Shown here piece after piece: positions 1-12,785 of a stretch of DNA of 64,000 nt. A model generated the notes under the pieces. That model was not told the origin of the DNA. It worked only from the letters and a program-made list of their open reading frames with translations, and did no database searches. Origin of the DNA: Chlorokybus atmophyticus. Lineage: Eukaryota > Plantae > Mesostigma and Chlorokybus algae. How positions within the stretch are numbered: the stretch's first letter is position 1; every line of letters starts with the position of its first letter. The stretch covers positions 124,001 to 188,000 of the forward strand of contig RHPI01002504.1 of NCBI GenBank assembly GCA_009103225.1, read 5' to 3'. The position numbers and the translations under genes were made by a program.

Positions 1-332
1 AAACAATTGCGCCTGGTTCGATTTTTAAGCTTTCATTCTGTTTCTTACATAAAAGCTTACTTTTACAACCATCTGTTAAAATATGTATGCTTTCGCATGG
101 ATTTGAGCTGTTGAGTGTAAACAACTTAGATTGTGCATATTATATTAAGTGTGTGATAAAAAGTTTGATATCAAATAATAATGATCTTGAAGATATAGTG
201 CAGTGTAACTACGCTCCTGACAATATGCATGGTGATAAACAGATTCAAATGTTGAATCAAGTACAACGATACATGAGCGGTTTCCTTTTAGTGCAAGGTC
301 TAGCAAGCCGTGTGTAAAACAATCAAATAGAC

Positions 333-1670
333 GTGCAATTGGACTCAATACAAGATATATGCTATTCGACTGAGTTTGCTCATCTGCAGCATTTACCGTT
401 ATCACAACAACAGCGACTTGTGTTTAATTCAATTGTGACAAGTACAGCGGGATTACATATTGTGTACGGACTTCCGGACTGTGGGAAAACCTTTTCAACT
501 CAGCATATCATCAACCATTACCGTGCTCAAGGTGTCGTGTGTTTGGTAATGCATCCACAGAGGCAGCAGCTTGTCATTTAAGCAAAAGTGCCAAAACCGT
601 GCACGCAGCATTTGCAACGAATCTCAGGTGTGTATGTCTCACACCTATTGATGCTACAAACGAATTGTTGCAGGTGTTATTATTATACAAAGTGTTTATC
701 ATCGATGAAATCTTGATGTTATCTGCAATGTTGTTTAATTATATTACGAACAGAATACGACAAGTGCACAATTTTGTTGGGCAGTTTTTACTGTTTCATG
801 AGTTGTTACAAATCGTACAAGTTGTATTGATTGGAGATGTAAAACAGTTACCACCTGTATGCTTCTATGCTTCCAAAACAGTTACCACCTGTATGCTTCT
901 ATAGAACTAAAGGAGTATGTTTGACTTGTCATATCGGTTATGCAAGTTTACTGCTTATTGCTTAAATTCATAATGTGAAAGTTTTCGTGCGCCATGCCAC
1001 TGACACGGACTTTTTTTTGATTATTTTGAACAAAATACGAAGCGACGCCTATGCAACAAGACGTTGACAGCATTCTTGGTACGTGTTATATAACAGAGGA
1101 TGATGCTATACGTCGTATGTCGAGTGACACTACCATACCGTGTTCACATGTTGCTGATGCACGACGTTACAGTATATTAATGTTTAATAGATCATTCACA
1201 TTGCTGAACTACAATAGTGTCTGAATGACATCAATTTTCATGCCGTTGGTTAAATAGCAATTGGAGCCAAAATCATGATGACGTACAATCTTGAAATTGC
1301 AGAAGGGGTCATTTATGGAGTATGCGGAGTTGTTACACAACTACATTTTAAAGGGTGTAAAACAGTAGGCTTTGTTGTAATGTTGTCCAATGGTTACACT
1401 CAACTCGTGAAACAAAGTTTTGTTTGAAAAACACACCTACGTGGAGTGACTTATTAGAAATGAACGTTTTCAGTAACATTGGCTTATGCCATCACAGTAC
1501 ACAGAAGTCAAGGAGTCACAATAGCGCCACACACACTGATACATATCAAGGAATCGTTTTGTCCAGGGCTATGGTATGTAGCTTTGTCCCGTGTCACCAA
1601 CCGACACCTTTTGAATATTGTGGGAAAGCCATCTGCATGCGATATGAAGCCCATACCTTGGAATATATAA
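333..1670 (+). pseudogene. Pif1-family (SF1B) helicase relic, broken by frameshifts and stops (Helitron RepHel-like or virus-like)
   Basis: Ordered Pif1 motifs across ORF fragments: degenerate Walker A IVYGLPDCGKT (333..581); KTVHAAF, FIIDEI and IGDVKQLPP (539..904); AYAITVHRSQG and GLWYVALSRVT (1479..1670). AT-rich compared with host exons. Confidence 0.88.
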
Positions 1671-2494
1671 CATGTCCTTTGCAGATCGATTATGGCATCC
1701 ATGGACGAGCTGGATGACATCTTTAACATCATGAATCAAGAGTTTGCAAATCAACCTCGACACAGAGAGACTCTCTCCCCACAGCAACGTAGCGCATTGG
1801 ACAACAACGGCATTGAGCCAACACAATATAAAAGCGACTTGAAAAACAGAGGAACTAAACGCGCTGTTCGAAAAAGGACGTGCACAGCGTGAAAGTTTCA
1901 AAACCGAAACTGGCAACCTTGATCCCCCAACTGGTGAGTGGTTTCTTGTAGCACATGGCACAATTGTGGCTTTTTTACGTACGCTTTCGCAACTATTGAT
2001 CGCATGTCAGTACCAACCACTGATAATGTTGCAGCCATGCATATGTATGTGACATCCTGCTATGCCACAGGAACAGTGAAGTACTTCCTGTGCCAAGTCA
2101 ATGCACCTTTGAATGTGAACACCACTCGCGATGAGGCATATGCTGCATGGTAGAAATCCTTTTACTTGAGACCACGGCAATTTTATGAGCTTGTCTTCAC
2201 ACATAAGCGCGCCATCGAGCAGTGCAAGATGATGCATTCCAAAAAGGCTGACACGACTTTAGAGGCTCTGTGCCAAACCAAAAAGAGAGCGGAAAGTATG
2301 CAGTATTGTACATGCATATGGAACGTGTATTTGCACACCATTGATTGCATATGTTATAATAATGGTAATGGCAACCCTAATCCACATGTGTAGGAAAACG
2401 TCCAATGGAACAAGACATAAATACCGATGTGAACACAGCATCGACTTCTGTGGCAGCACCCACTACCAGCCCATTAAAAAAGGGGAAAAACCAC

Positions 2495-2830
2495 CAAGTG
2501 AGTTCAGCACCCAAGACGTTTACAATTCACAGAATTGTCGTAACTAATTCTGAAAGGTTTTACAAAGGTCAAACAACCAACTTGCAACGGAGATTGCGAA
2601 AGCATCACATAAGCCCGCCAACACTTTTTGCTCGTGATCCACAACCGCAGCTACCCTTTCAATGTCGGTGCACCAACGAGAATTTGTGTGTGGTAGATAA
2701 TACAGTAGAAAGCAAACCAGTTAGAGGAACAATACATCAATGTGTACGACACAATATGTGCTAAAGAGTACAATATGCGAGGTCGTCCGGGGTTTGATAA
2801 TAAGCTCTGGAAGTTACTTAAAACATTGAA
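2495..2830 (+). pseudogene. GIY-YIG endonuclease relic (frameshifted)
   Basis: QDVY in one frame, then FYKGQTTNLQRRLRKH (2558-2605). After another shift, KANQLEEQYINVYDTICAKEYNMRG (~2710-2783). This matches the GIY...YIG...R...E...YN order of the family. Confidence 0.72.
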
Positions 2831-3059
2831 GTTAAAAGTGCAAAGATAAGTTGAAGTTAACATGACATTATGGACATATGCACAATGCTCAATTGCATGT
2901 ACACCTCTCTTTCCATCTTTTGCGCTCTGCACATCACTACTTTCTGCTTGCTATTATTTCCACACATCCCACACCCTACTCAATTGCATGTGCATCCTTC
3001 CACTCTCATGTGCACTGCAAGTCACGACTTCCTGCTTAGTTGTTGTTATTGTCTACATC

Positions 3060-3790
3060 CCACACATGCAACACGCCGCCGCCCCACGCACAGCGGCCAC
3101 GTCGCCCCACTGCCGCCACGACCTACGCCACATTGGAACTACTCAGATCTTTACGTGTGCAATACACACGATTACAACGTGATGCTCATCAAACAACGCC
3201 GCATACTTACGGATGATGGTTGTGATTGAGTCACATTGTCTATGTGTAAAGGCATGCACACATTCACTCAACCTATATGCAATGTGTACATCTTTGTGAA
3301 CCTATTGCTCTGAGCGCGCACGTGCGCAACCATATCTACGGATGATGGATGTGATTAAATCACGTGTGTATACTAGCATGCACACATTCACTCAACCTAT
3401 ATGCAAAAATGTACATACTTCGTTAACCTATCGCTCAATCCCTCGACTGACATGCGACACGCCGCCGTCGCACACACAGCGGCAATTCGACCCATTGCCG
3501 TCGACCCACTGCCGCCGCTACCTACGCCACAATTGATGAATGCCTTAATGTTTACGTAAGCCATAAACACAATTACTACGTGATGCTCATTGAACAATGA
3601 GCGCGCACGTGCGCAACAACATACACGAATGATGGGTGGAATTGAACTGAGTCACATTGTGTATGTGTAATAGCATGCACACATTCTCAACCCAAAGGCA
3701 ACGATGTACATACTTTGTTAACCTATTGCTCGGTCCCTGGACTGACATGCGACACGCCGCCGCCGTCACAACCGCATACGCCGCGTTTGA
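3060..3790. repeat. Degenerate tandem repeat with ~300-390-bp units
   Basis: The block GATGATGG...GCATGCACACATTC...GTTAACCTAT(T/C)GCTC recurs at ~3212, ~3341 and ~3629. A GC core CATGC(A/G)ACACGCCGCCG recurs at ~3064, ~3451 and ~3747. Confidence 0.8.
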
Positions 3791-4784
3791 TCTACCCAAA
3801 TGTTTACATGTGCCCTACACACGCATAATATATAATACTCATAGAAATATATAAGCGCACGCGTGTATGCGCAATGACTCAATCCACATACTGAGTCATG
3901 TACTTATGCAATTGCATACGCACCTGTTATAATGTGTCATGGCCAACATGTAGCATCATGTATTTGTGTATTTAAAAATTTTAATTAATCGACTGGTATT
4001 GTCACTTTTTTGCTTAAACCTCGAATTGCATAACCATGATGTATTTACACACCCAAAGCACGCCAGAAAGAGGCATAAAATGGATTGATATATCAGAGTA
4101 TATAGTTATGAACATGAAGCGTGTGATATTGCATCAGCAACATCTGGTCAGCCCAGGTATGCACAATGTATACCGGGTTATGGTACATTCATATACTTGA
4201 TTATCTGCTGCCGTTGCTCGACCGCGCCGCAAGCCACAAATCGTCTCTGACTACTATGGTGCATTCGAACGCAAATAATCGAACGGCACTCAACAACTGG
4301 GCCGATCGATGGAACAGGTCATCTGGCGGCGCGCCCAAATCGTTGGTCGCGCCGGCGGCGCGACCAACGACGTGGGCGCGCCGCGTTGCAACCACCCCTG
4401 CCCGACTCCTAACAAGCCTTCCTAACTAAACACATGCTTGATTACAGCCAGGTAAGTCAATAAAATTCATGGCTGATATATATATATATATACATATACA
4501 TATGTATATATGTATACGTTACAAGAACCGCTCTACAGCCATTGCTGGGCCATATAACGAATGTGACTGTTTTTATAATGATATGATTGTGCCTCGTGTA
4601 CGAGTCATATTTAAAAACTGGTTTGTATTATGCAATTGTTCTGTTAACGGGCGTGACACAAACGCAAGTAGACTGTAGTTGTAGTCGTAGACGTAATAAT
4701 ATATACTTGTTCATATTGAATTTAAGACTGCCATGCCTGTGTAATTAAAGTGCGTCTTGCTAAGTTTGTCTTGCTTCTCTGCTT

Positions 4785-5160
4785 CAGCCAGTAATGGCAT
4801 GTCTTGATTGGAACACATTACCCAGTAGCATGTTAATTGTTTGTGCCAGCATTGGCACATGCCTATAATTTTTGATGCCTATGTGGCAGTAATGGCATGT
4901 CATGGCACCCTATTCTCATGTGCCATCACTGGCATTGCTAGCTTTTAACCAAGCATGGCACTTGTCTGCAACTATGCCAGCTTCGATTGTGAAATTAGTG
5001 CCAGTTATGGCACAAAACTAATTCTGCCAGCGATCAGTTTTTGAATTACCAACTTGTGCTGGCACAAGCGGTTGCATGTTAGATTTAATTGGGTTCGAGC
5101 CTAGAACCAAAACTCGTGCCAGTACCGGCACAAACAGTTTGTGCCAATACTGGCACGGGC
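4785..5160. repeat. Array of GTGCCA/TGGCAC palindromic motifs ending in a 43-bp hairpin
   Basis: Many copies of GTGCCA, TGGCAC or TGGCAT. At 5115-5157, CGTGCCAGTACCGGCACAAAC-A-GTTTGTGCCAATACTGGCACG is a 21-bp stem with 2 mismatches. Confidence 0.7.
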
Positions 5161-6002
5161 TGCAGGAACCATGTGAGAGATTAAACATAAGCTTATTGTT
5201 TTTCCAATGTGTACAATGTTGCGCATTCTTGACGCGTAGCTTTTATACCCGTTAAGTAGTATCAAAATATCATCAGCTTCAATTATGTATTATTAGATAT
5301 GCGCATTATTAACATATTTGTAATTTTTAACAAATGTACATAATCTCGACCATCTTCTTGTATTTACACAATTCAATTAAAATTGAGCATGTTACTAGCA
5401 TTGCTTGCACACCGTTTTTATTATAACATAATACTCAGTTAAGGGCACTACATTCGGCCGACAAAGATTACAATTCATGTATTGCTTTTTAAGATCACAA
5501 TTTATACGTCACTCTCATTCATTCATGATAAGCGTTAAATCGAGAGCAACGCGGACTTTTGTTGAGTATACATTTATATCCGTATTAATTTATCATAATA
5601 AATATATCATCGTGATATACCGTGACATATGAGTTGGTCTTTTCAATGCGTGATGTCACGGATATGCAGCATACAAATGTATGTTCAATATACTTGAAAA
5701 AGCTTACACTGCTTGTAAAATCGTACGCAGTGAATAATGTGTACAAAAAATCCTAGGTGCATTCGCAATGCATGAATGCACCTTTGCCACTTTCATGCGT
5801 ACCGGCAGCGTGGCAGACTCACAACAGGCCACATCACCGGGCCACCATAAGCAGATCTCAGATCTACCGCACAGCGACCGGCGCGCGTTTGCCCTCTCGC
5901 GCCATACTCGTTACTCCCATAACGCGCGGCGCACACCCGAGACCCATCAATGTCCTCACATCAAACACCTTGCACTTCACACGGAACAACAACACCAGCA
6001 CC

Positions 6003-7913
6003 ATGGCCACAGTGGTAGCGGCGGCGGTGAGGGTGAGCAGGTCGTCTTCGTCATTGTCCTCGTTATCGTCGTTGGTAGCTACCCCCGCCTCCACGCTCAG
6101 AAGCCGTCAGGCTAGGCGTGCGCCTAGGAAACACCAGCAGTTGAGTGTTAGAGCCATGGCTTCCACTAGGGAGAAGCAGGAGGAGGGTCAGCAGCAGGAG
6201 AACAAGAAGCCGTCAGGGCCGACGCACTATCAGGTGGCGCCCGCCGAGTATATCAACTTCGGGACGTCGGCGTTCCAGGCGCTGGCTAGGGGAGGCCTGG
6301 GAGCCTTTGTCTTGCCGGAGACGGCCAGTGGAGTCAACAACCCACCGAAGCCGATTGAGCTATACGAGTTTGAAGGGTACGTATGAAGTGCAAACACTTG
6401 TGTGCATTGTAATGTCAGTCACCGTTAGAGGAACACAGGTGATTGCGCATGCTCAGAGTGCTTGTTGCCCCTTGGGCCATGCAGGCTGGCAAATTGAGTA
6501 TGCTAGGGCCCGTCGTGGTTTTGCAGGAAGCGAGCAAGACATCCCTATCTACTGCGTACATAGTGCCTGTCATGAATGATCATCCACGTTGATATGCCTG
6601 CAAAGCATACGACCATGCGTTCCAGTTAATGACACGGTTGCGCATGTTGCAGTTAGTGGAAGTCCAATTGTCCATGTATTTGCATTTCATATGTACACAT
6701 GCCTGCACACACACGCATGCACATATACGTGCACACATACAAGCGGCACATGCGTGCGCTTGTGCACACATATACATGAGTGTGCGTGCATATGCAGGGT
6801 ACATGCGCATGCGCACGCATGCATGAGCCTCTCACTCATGCGTGCGTACACTCGCTCACATGCACACACTCACATTCTACACATTCCACATGCAGTTGCC
6901 CATTTTGTCGCAAGGTGCGCGAAGCCGTCACCGTGTTGAACATTGACGCTATCTTCTACCCGTGCCCAAAGGGTGGTCCCACGTTCCGGCCGCGTGCGGT
7001 GCAGCTGGGCGGGAAGGCGCAGTTCCCCTTCATGATCGACCCGAACAACGACAATTATCAGAGCTACGAGTCAGACAAGATTATCAACTACCTGTTTCGG
7101 AGGTAAGCGTGCGTGTCTGTGGCTGTGCGTGTGCGTGTGCGCATATGTTGGTGTGTCTCTATGCAGCAGCAAAGCCATATGTGCATCCACGTGCGCGTGT
7201 GTACTCATATTATGTGCGCGAGTGCAAGAGCGCATGTTGGCATGCGCCCCCACACTTGGATGCATCCGCGTTTTGATCTGCTGCATGTTTACATAACTGT
7301 GACCAACATGTTGTTGGCATAAGGATCGCATTGACAATGGCAACATTCTGGTTCCCAACAGATACGGCCGGGGAGCCTCAGTTCCACTGTTGTTGAAGCT
7401 TGGCCCACTGACAACATTGTCTGCCGGTCTTGCTCTCGCACCACGTGCCGGGCGTGGCAGCGCATACAAACCCTCCAAACTGCCTGAAAAGCCCCTTGAG
7501 GTGTGTCATTGGAGAATATACACTTATGCTAGATAACTTTACATAAACATCATCTCACCCTTGACTGGCTTGTAGTTGTGGGCGTATGAGGCCTCTCCCT
7601 TCTGTAAGATGGTGCGCGAGGTCTTGTCGTCATATGAAATACCCCACAAGTACATTACTGTGGCGAGGAATTCAAAGAAGCGGGAAGAGATTATCAACAA
7701 GTTTGGCTTCTTCCAGGTAGGGATGATGCTGACTGCTTCCAGCGTGAATGACTGTGTGGTGGTGATGTGGTCGTTGTCGATATAATAATTGTTGTCGCTT
7801 GGTGCTTATGCTGTCTCATGCAGGTGCCGCTCCTGTATGATCCCAACACTGGTGCGGAGATGTTCGAGAGCAAGGATATCAACCAATACCTTGAGAGGAC
7901 TTACGGCAAGTAG
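6003..7913 (+). CDS. Plastid-type thioredoxin-fold protein with two GST-N domains (GST2N-like), 5 exons: 6003-6376, 6896-7102, 7362-7500, 7576-7716, 7824-7913
   Basis: Ser/Arg/Ala-rich transit-like N-terminus. Spliced product has PIELYEFEGCPFCRKVRE...GGKAQFPFMIDPN...ESDKIINYL and a second domain LELWAYEASPFCKMVRE...QVPLLYDPNTG...FESKDINQYL. GT-AG junctions keep frame; ends in TAG. Confidence 0.85.
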
Positions 7914-9344
7914 GTTGGCGCATGTGTGGATGTACACCTGTAGATACTTGTATAAGCGGATTGCGATAAGACGATTGCTTTTGCTTGTTGTTAGTTGAAG
8001 CAGGATGCTGCAGTTTAATCTGGCAGTGCAAACATGCTGTGCCGCAGTTGTACAGTTGACGGATGATAGATTGATAGTAGTTATTGCTGCCGCCCTCATG
8101 TTATAGACTTCGTGTACCAACATTTGTCCACATTGTCTTCCGCATTGCCAGCAGTTGTCTAGTGCATGAAGCACTATTTAATGAATAGTCTGTTGCATTT
8201 GCACGCAGTATGCTGCTGTCAGATTATGTACTGTGAACAATATAGTTGGCACTAACTGAAGTGGCCAAAACGCTATGAGTGTACAAGTCGTGAGATACAG
8301 CAAATATATGCAATGATGGATATAGCATTGACACTCTCGTGATGCAAGTTTGGGGTATTTCACAAAGGCAAACTAGCTGCGCCTCATTTACAACAGCATG
8401 CGCAACCGGCATGCTAAGTTACGCAAATTATCAGTATCCCTGCTCCTATCACGAGCTTTTGATGAGATTTTGTTTCTGTATGTAAAAAAGAGGTGTGTTA
8501 CTATGTGTACAAGCTCTGATTATCTCATCTCTTGAGCGGCACTAACACAACTGCCAACTACAGTCAGTCATTACATCATCTTACGCAACTAGATATATTA
8601 CAAAGGGGAAGTAGTCCAAGTGCGCCCCTGAAGAAGATGCTTGAAAGTGAGTCTTCAGATATACAGTTCCGTTGAAGCTTTATCGCTGTCCAGCTTCACA
8701 AGAAGAAAGTTACTGCTTGCGCTGCAGCACCAAGCTTGACAGCAAACATACATACCACTTCAACAGTTCAGCTGCATCCGCTCTGGGCTACCCATTCACC
8801 TGCCAGTTTCACTAGTAAGTGGAACATAGCGTACTCACAAGCTAGTATTGGATTGTACCAGTTGCAAAGCGGGTGGATGTTACCACTACTTTTGTCGCAT
8901 GATCTGTGTTTATAAGTTGTACCTGATACACGAATGCTGCGCACTTGAAGATGTAGTCGTGCCTACAAGTGGCTGCAGCGCGCTTGCTCATCGCCTCCGC
9001 AGAGGAACACTCCTTGCCTGCAATTCCAATTTATGTTAGCTCATGTTGCTCTCAATTATGCCAATCATCAACAGCCCGCTTGCAGACTGGTCACTAGTGT
9101 ATTGAAACACACAAGCCAAGACGAACTGCACGACATGCTGTTTGTAGGCAACTGTGTACAACGGATTTCAAGCACACTGGATGCAATGACATGCGCTGCG
9201 CAAGCTATTGTTAGCAGTATTGTGCCTTGTGTGACTGCAAACACTTCACTGGTGCTCAGCTCTCTGTAGTGCTAATGTTAACAGGGCAAGTGAGGCCGCA
9301 ATATGCATACATGTAGACGCATGCACACACGCACACTGTGTTCA

Positions 9345-10176
9345 TCAAGTTCTTACCTGTGCTGGAGGTGGCGTGCGGTTGTTAGGCGTGGCCGCTTCCG
9401 CTTCATCCGGTTTATCTAGCATGTAGAATCGCCGCAGGGACTTGACAAGAAACAGTCTTATCAGATTGATCTCCATGGCCGACAGGTTGGCGAGCTTGAC
9501 AGCATTGCGGCGCGCGGTCAATCGGCCGAGACCCTCCATTATTTTCGACTGCCGCACCGCGTGAAGGTCAGCCATCAGCGCACGCACGCGATGAACGTCG
9601 GGAATCTCCTCAGCAAAATGCTGCATCAGCAGCGTTCCAATCTGCAGAATATGCATGCCAATCTTTGCTCAGCATGGCAGTTGTTGCTCTGTATCTGGTG
9701 CAAGGTATAACGATAACGCAATCAAGACTTGCCCAAGTATGGCTTGTGACCAAGGCACAATGCACTAATGCATCAACGAGAAGCAGAGCATGGTAACAGC
9801 GTTATAAGCTGCAATCGTGGATGATTTGCAGCACTGAAGTTGGTAAAGAGCAGTGAGAAATGCTGTGGTTGCGCACCTCAAGCCAGTGGAATGGCAGGTC
9901 CACAAACTCCCTGAGTGCCTTGCGTTCAGTGTCGAGCGATCGCTCTAGTGCGGCGGCTGTGAGCCAGTCTGGTACTTCAAGTCGGCACTGTGCTCTCCGC
10001 CGCAGCGCCACAGCCGCCCACAGCGGCACAGACACAGGCACCCCCGGCCTGAAGGGACCCAAGGAGGCCCCTGCGGTTAGACGGACCTGACCCAGGCGGA
10101 AGGCGGGGATAACTGAGACAAGAGTGTCCTCGGCGAGAAACTCGAGCTCGCTGCTGGACAGACCCGCACGCGTCAT
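9345..10176 (-). CDS. PSF2: GINS complex subunit Psf2, exons 10176-9877 and 9641-9345
   Basis: ELEFLAED.LV.VIP, GPFRPGVPVSVPLWAAVAL, P.WL, LPFHWLEI.TLLM..FAEEI, DL..VR.SKI..GL, NLSAMEINLIR: the Psf2 signature. The GT-AG intron is in phase. Confidence 0.95.
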
Positions 10177-10349
10177 GAACTCCACAGCAACACCACCGGC
10201 CAGCTCACCAGTCACCCCGCCCACGACCTCGCCGCCGCCGCCTAAACCGCTAATTTTCAATTTGAAGGAAACGCTGGCGGGAAAGTGAGCTTGCGTTGAA
10301 CCGGTCAACAAAACCCTTTTTCTCGAACAAGATCCAGATGAACCCTTGG

Positions 10350-10359
10350 TTAGGGTTAG
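10350..10359. promoter_or_regulatory. Telomere-like motif (TTAGGGTTAG) in the PSF2/RPB3 bidirectional promoter
   Basis: The motif lies in the ~320-bp gap between divergent start codons at 10176 and 10495. Confidence 0.4.
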
Positions 10360-10494
10360 CATAGGTCTGTGTTAGTTTGGCTCAGGAGAGGGCGACGGCG
10401 GCGGCGGCGGTGGCGGAGGAGAAGGGGGACGAGGTGGCGGAGGAGGAGGGTGGGAGAGGGGAGAGTAAGTAGGGTGCTTGAGTGTGATATTGAC

Positions 10495-11872
10495 ATGGCT
10501 CCCAAGCAGAAAAGGAAGACGACTGCGAGGATCAGGGAGCTTACGCCGGCTGTGCTGAAGTTCGAGTTGAATGATACGGACACGTCGCTGGCGAATGCGC
10601 TGAGGCGTATAATGATCGCGGAGGTGCCCACCGTCGCCATCGATCTCGTGGAGGTTGAGAATAACACCTCCGTTCTCAATGACGAATTCCTCGCACACAG
10701 GCTAGGGCTCATACCGCTCAGGTGAGAAGCTTTCTCTTGCGTGCATGCACTCAGTTGTTCTGGAGATATGAGCAGCCTTGCTGCATGCATGCAGGACTGA
10801 ATAAATGCATGCATGCTGCACAATTGCTAGCGTGCATGCAACATCGTTGTTTTGTAGCAGACAGCATTGTTCTTGACATGCGAGTGAGCTATGCATGCTG
10901 TGTTGCTTTTCAGTTTCAGTTCCAGGGTTCAACAGGCAATTTGTTTGCATGCGCAATACATGTATACATGCCTTTTGTCTTGATTGTTTGTTTAGCTATG
11001 TATCGGTTGCTGTACATCATTATCATCCACAATTTACACATTGCACTTTCATGTGCTTGCACATGTCAGGTGTGCACTGCAACAACTGCCGTTGTCTTGC
11101 TAGTACAAACGGTTACACGGTGTTCAGGTCAGAGCGTGCGGCGAACATGGTGTTTGCACGCGACTGCGATCAGTGTTCTGGCGATCAAGAGGCTTGCAAG
11201 AACTGTTCGATCGAGTTGAACTTGAGCGCTCGCTGCACAGACGCGGGCACGCTGGATGTGACGGCCAACGACATCGTGCCATCAGCATCAGACCCTGCTG
11301 TGGTTCCCGTGGACGATGCCGATGGCGCGGGCTCAGGTGGGCGCGGGATCATGATCGTGAAGTTGAGGAGAGGGCAGGAGGTGAAGGTGAGGTGCATTGC
11401 GCGCAAAGGGATAGGTAAAGACCACGCCAAGTGGAACCCCGTTGCCACGGTGGCTATGCTCCACGTGCCGGAGATAAAGCTCAACCGGCCTTTGCTCGAC
11501 ACGCTCACGCTTGAGCAGAAGGAAGAGTGGGTGGCTTCTTGTCCCACGCGCGTGTTTCGCGTCAACAACGCCACGGGTGCGGTTGAGGTGGAGAACGCTG
11601 AGGCTTATACCTACGATGATGAGTGCATTGCCAAGGCTGAGGCCATGGGTAAGCCTGGTCTCGTGAACATACGCATGCGTGAGGATGCTTTCGTCTTTAC
11701 CATCGAGTCCACTGGCGCTCTCAAACCGGGTCAGATAGTCCTCGACTCCATTGACATCCTCATGCGCAAGCTCGCTGTCCTCAAAGAGCATCTCAAAGTT
11801 GACTATGATGGAGACACCACCGTGTTTGGCGACCTTGCTGGTCACGTTGCTGCACCTTCCGTGGGAGGCTGA
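10495..11872 (+). CDS. RPB3: RNA polymerase II subunit RPB3, exons 10495-10721 and 11128-11872
   Basis: [48 protein letters not shown], Zn motif CDQC...[42 protein letters not shown]. Confidence 0.97.
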
Positions 11873-12785
11873 TTTTGCTGTACATGTTGCATGTAGTATC
11901 TACCGAGTCACCCACCTCTGACCTGTAGTGGTAGCCAGCTGTAGACTGTGCACGACAGTCTCAGGAAGCATCTTGTACAAATACGTATGCGCAGCAATGC
12001 AAAGACACTGTTTAGTATGGGGCAATCAGTAATTCGCTGATGCCTAAGCACCCTACAGACATAAGCAGCCACTATTGGGCTGATTTTGCATGTCGCTCAA
12101 TGCACTTGCAGCACTGCTGGCTGAATGCATGGTAGAATGAGTGCGCAAGTTGGTGCAATGCGTGTAGAAGGCAACTTGCATAGTGATCCCCCTGCATGCT
12201 TGGCGGCAAACAACGTAACACCAGTGATGACAACATGGAATGTGCTGTCTCCTCATCGTGCTGTCCACACATATGCCGTCCGCAGTGTTTGTACAAAATG
12301 TAATGCGGGGTACAATTAATGCGGTGTGTATCAGAGATAGTATGCTGCACCTGCCACATGTATACAGTCTGTTATGTGCACAGTGCATCCCTGGTTTCTC
12401 GTCATGATTATTTGCAGGCATGGTTTTGGCTTGCCACACAACTGGAATCGCATAAGGTGTCATTCTTGAAGCATACTGGAGCCAAATGCAGTTTCATATG
12501 CAAGGTACAGTGCAGACTTTGTTTGAGTGAATGCATGAGCAGCGCCCATATACCACCCTGAGTGCCACATTCGACGACATACACAGCCAGACATTGGGGA
12601 GACAAACCGAGGCAGCATGACACCCTGTGTTGCGTGCACAAAACTTGATGAATACCCTACGCTACCACTATCCAACAACAAGTAGTACGGCCCTACTGTA
12701 TGGTGCAATGTCCCATATCGGAACTGCACAGCAAGATTTAAAAACACTCACACACGCTCCAACTCATGCATAGGCCCTGTGGCCG

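Noticed and set aside
5101-5157. Helitron 3' end (hairpin then CTAG on the minus strand)
   Set aside because: It points opposite to the plus-strand helicase, the base after CTAG is G rather than T, and the stem is longer than usual. Kept only as an unexplained hairpin.
6580-7322. Many short Cys/His/Ala/Val-rich ORFs (also near 36000, 41100-41400 and 60600)
   Set aside because: They arise from alternating purine-pyrimidine intron tracts within defined genes.
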